A stretch of DNA of 20,000 nucleotides, from the IMG/VR virus record IMGVR_UViG_3300042886_000142. One strand, given 5' to 3'. Positions within the stretch are counted from its first letter, which is position 1, and every line of letters starts with the position of its first letter. The position numbers and the translations under genes were made by a program. The DNA comes from an uncultured virus (IMG/VR IMGVR_UViG_3300042886_000142) (lineage: Duplodnaviria; Heunggongvirae; Uroviricota; Caudoviricetes). This document shows, one piece after another, positions 8,901-15,236 of this stretch. The notes below the pieces were generated by a model, which had not been told where the DNA came from, did not search any database, and worked only from the letters and a program-made list of their open reading frames with translations.

Positions 8901-9347
8901 TTCAGGATATCTTTCACCCATTATAGGATGTGTAAGGTCTGGTTGGTGATGAGTTTCATGTATATTCCCCTCATGTTCTCCTTGTTCCATTTCATATGGA
9001 ATAGCCACCATACATTCTTTAGTGGATACAATGTTTCTGATTAACTTTACAGCATCATCTGTAGGAATATGTTCTAACACATCTCCCATGATTATAAAGT
9101 CATAATCACTAGTATCAAATGTGGTGATATCTCCTACATAAACATTATCATATTTAGCTCTAAGTCCATACTTTTCTATGTACGGTTCATAGATTTCTAC
9201 AGCATCAATTCTATATCCTAATGAACGTAATAATTCTGAATAAGTCCCTATTCCAGGGCCTACATCTAGTATTCTTTTACTAGTTGGAACGTTTTGAATG
9301 AACCATTCTTTCACTTCTTCTTTGAAGTAGGTAAAACTGTAAGGCAT
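5934..9347 (-). CDS. Four-domain fusion: class I SAM methyltransferase + GT-A glycosyltransferase + GT4 glycosyltransferase + Aah/TibC-like (autotransporter O-heptosyltransferase) domain
   Basis: aa1-165: ILDVGPGIG, DAVEIY, GDVLEH. aa170-445: YVDSDSIA (DxD), HEETIVNVLLW. aa448-785: FLAPHLSTGGMPQ, NVGLWTPGKNQ, DVFMFNSTWECNPIVLKEA. aa790-1137: SSSLGDTIAW, FIGLSSGLSWLAW, CHGCWND..WCP..FEC. Confidence 0.82.
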   Translation of the reverse strand: MPYSFTYFKEEVKEWFIQNVPTSKRILDVGPGIGTYSELLRSLGYRIDAVEIYEPYIEKYGLRAKYDNVYVGDITTFDTSDYDFIIMGDVLEHIPTDDAVKLIRNIVSTKECMVAIPYEMEQGEHEGNIHETHHQPDLTHPIMGERYPELSCIYRNQYYGYYTHTRIKEEKMYVLYANASYYSVVCAAVESLNKMSKIPVLVYMLDCHSEVPGAKTIYWQSDIEDLPKNTYIDRTDSRIYNLLIQRPLVVKHALENFAKRVCYVDSDSIATKYVDRIFNYHPINSEFPYFTEGIYDYLFINGRGSTELVKTLEYPACQLFGVHQNIRDKYRQTGYFVAGHNSIPFLDEWSWMCNHPEVLKNPQYYAPYHEETIVNVLLWKHRFLEGLPYIYTNAGLDKLDKIYEEDNWGKYIESWFKLPVSEQDLFFLHGEKDPIAMSKMMSKMSKPMRVMFLAPHLSTGGMPQFLLKRIEALQANTDIEIFVVEYQCHGIDYVVQRNQIMDIVDPHFHTLWEDKMKLFDIIDGWQPDVIHIDEMSERMDREMITKLYSPSRKYRIVETCHDVSFVPETKMFTPDAYAFCTPYHVDTFASLDGYKEVIEYPIDKEPVSKTLKRQYKELLGMSLGGRHVINVGLWTPGKNQAEGLAIARKYPKVMFHFIGNQAGNFKDYWEPLMKDLPFNVKIWGERNDIHHFMLAADVFMFNSTWECNPIVLKEAVSYGLPIIAKNLPQYKDMYTNYIAESVDLNSPILGLLMKYDVPTDNTSEVFGKIHANLYKNVMSVIPHKNEIKDYNITQNFVGQPFLEITGTSTSDFRVEFYDGEQLVHSDVIKCNHWIKLAREYYTKWRTVVYKDGEKVYDKFVQLENRRVYIAFDSSSLGDTIAWIPYVEEFRCLHNCEVIVSTFKNFLFEKEYPMLEFVAPGTAVNNIYAMYKIGWFYNENKEPVLPNTIPLQQTATNILGLPYKEIKPRLAYKKSHEQGMYITIATNSTAGCKFWTREAWQEVINYLHEQGYKVINTSLEKNPFDNCQGLLDTSMTNTMRVIDESKFFIGLSSGLSWLAWGLGKEVIMISNFTDKHHEFECLRPVNTSVCHGCWNDPQYKFDKGNYNWCPVHEGTERQFECQKSITPQMVIDQIKTLI

Positions 9348-9366
9348 AGTGTTGATTTTAGAAATT

Positions 9367-9374
9367 CAAATGTA
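9367..9374 (-). promoter_or_regulatory. Bacteroidota-type -7 element (TACATTTG on the minus strand)
   Basis: caaatgta on the plus strand, ~20 nt upstream of the 9347 start. Confidence 0.65.
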
Positions 9375-9450
9375 CAAAAAATATATTTATCTTATGCTAT
9401 ATTATGATGAAAATCTATTTCATACCCTTCGTTATTCCAAATATAAATTT

Positions 9451-9458
9451 TATATTTG
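9451..9458 (+). promoter_or_regulatory. Bacteroidota-type -7 element (TATATTTG), divergent promoter for the lysis block
   Basis: TAnnTTTG match in the divergent intergenic region. Confidence 0.6.
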
Positions 9459-9545
9459 CTATATATAAAATGGTACAATCATTGCATCATTGCACTTACC
9501 ATCTTAAAGTGTATAACTATGCTATAATAACACCCACACTCCCTT

Positions 9546-9866
9546 ATGGAAAACGCATTTGAACAACAAGTAGAAAAAGAATTAAAAAGCATGGATCAAC
9601 GACTATATGATCTAGAGGAGAAGATGACTTCTATAGACACTAAACTAACACAAGTTGTAGACGCTATCTTAGGTAATGCACTAACAAAAACAGGGGGATT
9701 TATTGCTGACTTAACTGAGCTAAAGGCCAAGATAAAAGATTTAGAAGATAAGATACAGAAACAAGAAGAGTTCAAAAAGAAATTTACTTGGACCGTAGGT
9801 ATCATATTAGGTATTGGTGTACTACTTCAATACCTATCTACACTTTATAGAAATATAACAACATGA
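9546..9866 (+). CDS. Coiled-coil protein with a single C-terminal TM helix (lysis-associated, holin/antiholin-like)
   Basis: Heptad-rich N-terminus and the hydrophobic segment FTWTVGIILGIGVLLQYL; first gene of an ATGA-coupled block. Confidence 0.55.
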   Translation: MENAFEQQVEKELKSMDQRLYDLEEKMTSIDTKLTQVVDAILGNALTKTGGFIADLTELKAKIKDLEDKIQKQEEFKKKFTWTVGIILGIGVLLQYLSTLYRNITT

Positions 9867-10066
9867 GTACAAAAGAGAAGGTTGATATTTTTTTAAACAA
9901 ATGGGTAAGCAGAAAGCTTACAGTGTTTGCTGTAGGTTCTGTTGGCCTTTTCTCTGGAAAATTAACATCATCTGATTGGGTTATAATTGCAGCAACATAT
10001 ATTGCTATTGAAGGAGCAACAACTATTGTAGAAAAATTAATGAAAGCTAGAGGAGGTATATCATGA
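9863..10066 (+). CDS. Putative holin
   Basis: 67 aa, SRKL followed by two hydrophobic segments and a basic C-terminus; directly upstream of the candidate endolysin. Confidence 0.65.
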   Translation: MSTKEKVDIFLNKWVSRKLTVFAVGSVGLFSGKLTSSDWVIIAATYIAIEGATTIVEKLMKARGGIS

Positions 10067-10458
10067 TATTAGAACTTAAAAGAAAGATATTCACAGATGA
10101 TTCCACAATAGGAGAAATATCTATTGATGGTGTATTTATATGTTATACATTAGAGGATAAAGTGAGAGAGACTAAGATAAAGAACATAACAGCTATCCCT
10201 TATGGAAAATATGAATTAGCAGTTACATTCTCTAATCGTTTTAAACAGTACATGCCTCTATTACTTAATGTACCAGGATTTGAAGGTGTACGTATACACA
10301 GTGGTAATAAATCTACTGAAACAGAAGGATGTATTCTTGTAGGTGGTACTAGATCATTAAACTTTATTGGCAAGTCTAGAGTGACATATAAAGCTTTATT
10401 TGATAAGATAAAGAGTGCAAAAAAAACAGAGAAGGTCTTTTTAAACATTACGCAATAA
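10063..10458 (+). CDS. DUF5675 family protein (L,D-transpeptidase-like fold), candidate endolysin
   Basis: STIGE, CYTLED, TAIPYGKY and GVRIHSGN..TEGCILVG (His...Cys) motifs; lies between holin-like and spanin-like genes. Confidence 0.8.
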   Translation: MILELKRKIFTDDSTIGEISIDGVFICYTLEDKVRETKIKNITAIPYGKYELAVTFSNRFKQYMPLLLNVPGFEGVRIHSGNKSTETEGCILVGGTRSLNFIGKSRVTYKALFDKIKSAKKTEKVFLNITQ

Positions 10459-10772
10459 TGATACAATATTTAAAAGATCAGTACTTGGCGGTGATCATCA
10501 CCGTTATCTGGCTATTCTTTACACTACATACTCAACAAAAGACTGCTCTTCTATTAGAACAAACTAAGAAATTAGAAGCTAAAATATTAGTTCTTGAAGA
10601 AAAAGATCATGAGTCTAGTATAATTATTGATAGCTTATCTAGAGTGGATACACTCATAGTTAATAGAATCAAAATCATCAAACAAAAAGAATATGTACAA
10701 ATTAGGATTATTGATAGTTTGCCTGTTAGTGGGCTTCAAAAGTACTTCACAGATCGTTACTCAGAAAAATGA
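10458..10772 (+). CDS. Putative inner-membrane spanin-like protein
   Basis: N-terminal TM segment (YLAVIITVIWLFFTL) followed by a coiled-coil-like region; follows the candidate endolysin and overlaps the next gene. Confidence 0.55.
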   Translation: MIQYLKDQYLAVIITVIWLFFTLHTQQKTALLLEQTKKLEAKILVLEEKDHESSIIIDSLSRVDTLIVNRIKIIKQKEYVQIRIIDSLPVSGLQKYFTDRYSEK

Positions 10773-11169
10773 TTCTATCGTTACCCTTAGTGAAACTGTT
10801 TCTAGGAAGGTTGTTTCTGATCTTGTACGTTATGATTTTGCTAAGAATATTATCAAAGAGCAAGAGATAAGAATAAAGAACTACCAGAACAAAGAGATTG
10901 AGTTTAAGAACAAACTAGATATAAAAGATTCCATCATATTCTATCAGAAGAGTATTATTGATATTCATAAAGAGATTATCAAGAGTAAAAAACCTTTAGA
11001 GATACATGGATATGTAGGTGTACAATCAATTCAATTCAAATTGGTAGAACCTATATTATATACAAACTTAATGTTTGAGTTTCCTAAGTTCAGTATAGGA
11101 GCTCAATACTACGTACAACCTAACAATCCTAGTGGATATGGGATTGTTCTAGAATATAACTTATTTTAA
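10693..11169 (+). CDS. Secreted protein with coiled coil and C-terminal amphipathic beta-strands; putative outer-membrane spanin component
   Basis: Signal-like MYKLGLLIVCLLVGFKSTS|Q, a central helical region, and a C-terminus ending GYGIVLEYNLF; 80-nt overlap with the upstream gene. Confidence 0.5.
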   Translation: MYKLGLLIVCLLVGFKSTSQIVTQKNDSIVTLSETVSRKVVSDLVRYDFAKNIIKEQEIRIKNYQNKEIEFKNKLDIKDSIIFYQKSIIDIHKEIIKSKKPLEIHGYVGVQSIQFKLVEPILYTNLMFEFPKFSIGAQYYVQPNNPSGYGIVLEYNLF

Positions 11170-11170
11170 C

Positions 11171-11305
11171 ATGGCAAAACAAACCAACTCTTCAGAAAAA
11201 GAAGTAAAAATTAAAGTGAGCAGACCTGGTGTGCATGCTAAAGCTCAGACATCTAAACTTAAATCTTCTAAGAATTACAAGAAGCTTTATAATGGACAAG
11301 GATAA
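11171..11305 (+). CDS. Small basic protein, 44 aa (not in the ORF track)
   Basis: MAKQTNSSEKEVKIKVSRPGVHAKAQTSKLKSSKNYKKLYNGQG; ATG 1 nt after the preceding stop and stop 1 nt before the next ATG. Confidence 0.7.
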   Translation: MAKQTNSSEKEVKIKVSRPGVHAKAQTSKLKSSKNYKKLYNGQG

Positions 11306-11306
11306 A

Positions 11307-11456
11307 ATGGATTGGGAATTAACATTCGCTCTCTATTGGCCTCACGATAGATTTGCTATAGGATGGGATATCCTACATGCTGATGAAACATATAATTACA
11401 GCACATACATATTGTATTTAGGAATACTTACAATAACATTAGACATAAATAATTAA
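11307..11456 (+). CDS. Small hypothetical protein, 49 aa
   Basis: MDWELTFALYWPHDRFAIGW...; the start is reassigned from GTG 11229 so the gene tiles behind the 11171 ORF. Confidence 0.6.
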   Translation: MDWELTFALYWPHDRFAIGWDILHADETYNYSTYILYLGILTITLDINN

Positions 11457-11458
11457 TC

Positions 11459-11484
11459 TAGTTAGACTTGCTCTAACTATTTTT
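11459..11484 (+). terminator. Probable intrinsic terminator ending the lysis block
   Basis: tagttaga-cttgc-tctaacta followed by ttttt. Confidence 0.6.
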
Positions 11485-11530
11485 GTTATTTTATTTTGGT
11501 GAAAATCAGATACTAATGGTGAAAAAAACT

Positions 11531-11538
11531 TATTTTTG
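11531..11538 (+). promoter_or_regulatory. Bacteroidota-type -7 element (TATTTTTG)
   Basis: TAnnTTTG match 27 nt upstream of ATG 11565. Confidence 0.55.
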
Positions 11539-11564
11539 TATATTAATTAATAAAATTTAAAATC

Positions 11565-11732
11565 ATGGCAATACCATCAAGAGGAATAGGCTGGAGTACT
11601 ACAGATAACCTATTATGGCAGATATCTAAGCAATTAGAACGTCTTATTAGTGTTACAGGTGCTGGAAACACGTACACTACAACTACTACTACTACTGTAG
11701 CACCTACTACCACTACCACTACAACAGTGTAA
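11565..11732 (+). CDS. Small protein, 55 aa, with T7-VAP-T7-V tail (not in the ORF track)
   Basis: MAIPSRGIGWSTTDNLLWQISKQLERLISVTGAGNTYTTTTTTTVAPTTTTTTTV; A-rich leader; Thr codons vary at the third position (act/aca/acc). Confidence 0.8.
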   Translation: MAIPSRGIGWSTTDNLLWQISKQLERLISVTGAGNTYTTTTTTTVAPTTTTTTTV

Positions 11733-11758
11733 AGAATTAAAACAAAACCAACTACATT

Positions 11759-12775
11759 ATGAAAGATTTAAAATTTATCCAGGCTTGTCCTAGTGATATT
11801 TATTACACATGGCAAGTGCACATGTGGTTAGAGAGCTTAAGAGAGATAGGTCATTCTGACAAAGCTATATCAGTAATCTTCACTCCTAAAGGGAGAGAGA
11901 ATAAAGACAAGTGGAAACAGATAGAAGATCTATATCCAGAAGCAGAGTTTCATTACTATGCTGATGAGGATAATTTAAATCGATTGTTAGGAATTTATAT
12001 TCCTGTACTTAGACCATATGTTCTTTGGAAACATTTTAAAGCACATCCAGAACTAAGTGAAAAAGCTATCTTCTATTGTGACTCTGATATTCTTTTCATG
12101 AAGGATTTCAATCTAGATAAGTTCTTAGAAGATGATGTTAACTACTTATCTGATACAAACAGCTATATCAATGCTAAATATTTTGATAGCAAGGTGCACC
12201 AAGTGTTACCAGAGAAGCTAGAAGAATATAAGAATAGGGATATCCTTGCAGAGATTGCAAGTGTGGTAGGAATAAGTAGAGAAGTGTGCGAAGCTAATAA
12301 TGATCATTCAGGAGGAGCTCAATATCTATTAAAAAATGTAGATGGTGACTTCTGGAGTAAGGTGATGAATGATTGTATTCTTATAAGAAGTTATTTACAA
12401 ACTGTGAATAGAGAATTCTTTAAAGATGAGAACTCAGGGTTTCAAAGTTGGTGTGCAGATATGTGGGCTGTCTTATGGAACATCTGGTTAAGAGATCAAG
12501 AAACAAAAGTGGTGCCTGAATTAGCATTTGCTTGGGCTACAGATCCTCTTATTAAATTAGATACACATACAATCTTTCATAATGCAGGAATAGTTTCTGA
12601 GACAGGAAATGGATACCCAGCTTTCTACAAAGGAAAGTATCACATGGGAACTGATCCAACAAAAGATCCTAACTTAGATATGATTCTTAATGATGAGAAT
12701 TCAAAAAAATATTGCACATGGTTCTATGCAAATAAATTAAATGAACTAAAACAAAAACATAACCTAAACTATTAA
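11759..12775 (+). CDS. GT-A fold glycosyltransferase resembling peptidyl O-glycosyltransferases (HPAT/SERGT-like)
   Basis: DxD motif (FYCDSDILF), N-terminal YYTWQV, GGAQYLL, SWCADMWAV and FHNAG motifs. Confidence 0.65.
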   Translation: MKDLKFIQACPSDIYYTWQVHMWLESLREIGHSDKAISVIFTPKGRENKDKWKQIEDLYPEAEFHYYADEDNLNRLLGIYIPVLRPYVLWKHFKAHPELSEKAIFYCDSDILFMKDFNLDKFLEDDVNYLSDTNSYINAKYFDSKVHQVLPEKLEEYKNRDILAEIASVVGISREVCEANNDHSGGAQYLLKNVDGDFWSKVMNDCILIRSYLQTVNREFFKDENSGFQSWCADMWAVLWNIWLRDQETKVVPELAFAWATDPLIKLDTHTIFHNAGIVSETGNGYPAFYKGKYHMGTDPTKDPNLDMILNDENSKKYCTWFYANKLNELKQKHNLNY

Positions 12776-12791
12776 CCCTAAATTTTAAACA

Positions 12792-12998
12792 ATGGGAAGC
12801 ATTAATTCAAGACCTTTAAAGGCTTTTGTTAGATTCGATGGATCTGGCAGAATAGTTGCAGGAAGTTTGATTCTAAGAAAGAACAAACCTAAAGTTGGTA
12901 AATGGAAAGAGATTCCAGCATATGAGTGCTGTAATCCTACAACCACTTCAACCACCACTGCTGTATTAACAACAACAACAACCACCTCACCTAGATAA
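12792..12998 (+). CDS. Small protein with Thr-rich tail (paralog 1)
   Basis: LKAFVRFDGSGRIV..SLI...KPKVGKWKEI..ECCN followed by PTTTSTTTAVLTTTTTTSPR. Confidence 0.82.
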   Translation: MGSINSRPLKAFVRFDGSGRIVAGSLILRKNKPKVGKWKEIPAYECCNPTTTSTTTAVLTTTTTTSPR

Positions 12999-13000
12999 TC

Positions 13001-13222
13001 ATGGCAAGAAGTAATAACAATAATAAGCTTAAAGCTTTTGTACGTTTTGATGGTTCAGGACGTGTAGTATCAAGTAGTTTAATTGTACAAGCATTTAAAC
13101 CGAAGGTTGGTAATTGGAAAGAAATAGATGCTAAGGAATGTTGTAATTATGTTCCAACAACAACAACTACCACTACAGTAGCACCAACAACTACAACCAC
13201 CACTACAGTTACTCCAGGGTAA
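13001..13222 (+). CDS. Small protein with T7-VAP-T7-V tail (paralog 2)
   Basis: LKAFVRFDGSGRVV..SLI...KPKVGNWKEI..ECCN followed by YVPTTTTTTTVAPTTTTTTTVTPG. Confidence 0.82.
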   Translation: MARSNNNNKLKAFVRFDGSGRVVSSSLIVQAFKPKVGNWKEIDAKECCNYVPTTTTTTTVAPTTTTTTTVTPG

Positions 13223-13239
13223 TTTAAAAACTAAATAAC

Positions 13240-13656
13240 ATGGCACTAAAATCACTATTTCCAGATGATATGATTAGCAAAGGGCCTAGTAGTGAGCTTT
13301 CATTAGATAGCATTGCTGCTAAGCTTACTTACTTTCATGAGCAACTACATTTGTTGCACTGGCAGACAAGCTCTTACGCAGAGCATATGGCACTAGGAGG
13401 ATTGTACGATTATGTACATGATTTCAAAGATGGGTTGGTTGAGAAGATTATGGGATATACAGGTAAAAGACCTGGAGCTTATAAGATAGAACCTCTTGGA
13501 GCAGCTAATGCTTCTTCTGTTGTTTCTGAGCTAATGAGCTTTGCTTCATCTCTAAAAGCATATGGTGAGAAGAATAGCTTCCACGATGTATGTAATCTTG
13601 CAGACTCTCTATCAGGAGAAGCAGCTAAAACTAAATATCTTTTAACATTGTCATAA
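13240..13656 (+). CDS. Ferritin/Dps-like four-helix protein (DUF5856-like)
   Basis: LHLLHWQTSSYAEHMALGGLYD...DGLVEKIMG and terminal KTKYLLTL resemble the Dps HW...H...D...E ferroxidase pattern. Confidence 0.75.
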   Translation: MALKSLFPDDMISKGPSSELSLDSIAAKLTYFHEQLHLLHWQTSSYAEHMALGGLYDYVHDFKDGLVEKIMGYTGKRPGAYKIEPLGAANASSVVSELMSFASSLKAYGEKNSFHDVCNLADSLSGEAAKTKYLLTLS

Positions 13657-13940
13657 TGGAGATAAACAGAAAACATTTTCCAAGAGTGATGCAAGATAAT
13701 GATGAAACATTCCTTGCACATCTGGAAGGTGTTATTTCTTCTGTTGATGAACTTTGTAGCTTAGAGATAACAAAAAGTTTAGAATCATACAAATTTAGAA
13801 TAGCTTGTAGCTTACCTAAATATAACAACATGTTAATAGAAGAGATTCTTAAGTTTTGTAACATGTTTAGAATAAGACTTGACATGAGTAAGAGTATAAA
13901 AACATCAAGTGTAATAACATTTGAAATAAATCTAAATTAA
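13656..13940 (+). CDS. Hypothetical protein
   Basis: 94-aa ORF, TAATG-coupled to the upstream gene and tiling to the next gene. Confidence 0.7.
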   Translation: MEINRKHFPRVMQDNDETFLAHLEGVISSVDELCSLEITKSLESYKFRIACSLPKYNNMLIEEILKFCNMFRIRLDMSKSIKTSSVITFEINLN

Positions 13941-13941
13941 T

Positions 13942-15174
13942 ATGCCAACATTTATAAAACCAGGATTCTGGAAAGAAACATGCAATCCTTGTAATGGTTA
14001 CAAAGGATGGTTAAACCTTGATCAATTCTCTGGTCAATCAGGAACAAATGGAACAAGTGGTACTAGCGGTGTATCAGGTGAACAGGGTGTTCAAGGAATT
14101 CAAGGGATACAGGGAATACAGGGAATACAAGGAGTTACAGGTTCTAGTGGTACTAATGGTACATCAGGACTAACTGGAGACAGATATCAAACTACATCTA
14201 CAACAACTTTTGAATTAGGAGTGAGTACAACTCTTACTGTTGAAACAGGATTATCTTATTCAGTAGCACAAGATGTAATTATATCATTTAATGTTAATAA
14301 TCATCAAGTGTGTTCTGTAGTTAGTTATGATCCTATAGTAGGGACATTGGTTATTGGACCTCCTATATCAGTAACTGGATCAGGTACATATAGTGTATGG
14401 GGAGTAAATCTAAATGGTGCAGCTGGAGGAGATGGTACAAACGGAACCTCTGGTACAAGTGGTCTTTCAGGATCTAATGGAACCAGTGGAACTAGTGGTA
14501 TACAAGGAATACAAGGTGTACAAGGAATTCAAGGAATTCAAGGAGTTAATGGTACCAATGGTACTTCTGGCACTAGTGGATTAACTGGAACTAACGGAAC
14601 ATCTGGTATCAATGGTAGCAATGGTACAAGTGGATCTTCAGGAGTGAGTAATGCTACAGCATCTTACGGTTTATTTGCTCAAACAGCTGATAGCACACCT
14701 GTAACTGCCACTGCAGTAGAAACAACAGTAATAGGATCAGGAGTTGGTACATTATCTGTTCCTGCAAATGCATTCTCTATTGGAGATTCTTTTCTTTGTT
14801 CTTTAGATGGTTTAATTTCTTGTACAAGTGCATCAACTGTACGCATTCGAGTAAAAACAGTAGGAGGAACACTTCTTGCAGATACTGGAATAATTGATTT
14901 GGCTGCTGCAACTAATAAAGCTTGGATAATGAACTTATATTTTACAGTAAGAACATTAGGAATAGCTACTGTTGCATCAATTTCATCTGGAGGATTGTTC
15001 TCTTATATTAGAAATGGGGGAACTCAATTTGAAGGATATAATTTAAGTACAGTTAATAGCACTACATTTGATACCACTATTAACAATACATTAGTAATCA
15101 CAGCACAGTGGGATACAGCTGATGTAGACAATTCAATATTGTCACGAAACTTCACACTAACAAAAGTCTATTAA
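13942..15174 (+). CDS. Collagen-like (Gly-X-Y) fibre protein with internal and C-terminal globular domains
   Basis: Two Gly-X-Y blocks built from GTS/GTN/GIQ/GVQ triplets (approx. 14032-14180 and 14426-14646) and beta-rich globular segments. Confidence 0.8.
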   Translation: MPTFIKPGFWKETCNPCNGYKGWLNLDQFSGQSGTNGTSGTSGVSGEQGVQGIQGIQGIQGIQGVTGSSGTNGTSGLTGDRYQTTSTTTFELGVSTTLTVETGLSYSVAQDVIISFNVNNHQVCSVVSYDPIVGTLVIGPPISVTGSGTYSVWGVNLNGAAGGDGTNGTSGTSGLSGSNGTSGTSGIQGIQGVQGIQGIQGVNGTNGTSGTSGLTGTNGTSGINGSNGTSGSSGVSNATASYGLFAQTADSTPVTATAVETTVIGSGVGTLSVPANAFSIGDSFLCSLDGLISCTSASTVRIRVKTVGGTLLADTGIIDLAAATNKAWIMNLYFTVRTLGIATVASISSGGLFSYIRNGGTQFEGYNLSTVNSTTFDTTINNTLVITAQWDTADVDNSILSRNFTLTKVY

Positions 15175-15199
15175 ATTTGGATTTGTAACTTATTTAATC

Positions 15200-15207
15200 T
15201 ACATTTG
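15200..15207 (+). promoter_or_regulatory. Bacteroidota-type -7 element (TACATTTG) with upstream TTTG
   Basis: TAnnTTTG match with TTTG at 15176-15179 as a candidate -33 element; ~30 nt upstream of ATG 15237. Confidence 0.7.
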
Positions 15208-15236
15208 TTACATAAATCAATTAAATAATTTACATT

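Noticed and set aside
3145..9347. Bacterial LPS/capsule biosynthesis locus
   Set aside because: No wzx/wzy/ABC exporter or nucleotide-sugar synthesis genes are present, and the neighbours are lysis, fibre and small basic phage-type genes. A prophage origin cannot be excluded from this window.
11676..11726. Non-coding (ACT)n microsatellite
   Set aside because: The triplets vary only at the third position and lie in frame in a 55-aa ORF, so this is a coding poly-Thr tract.
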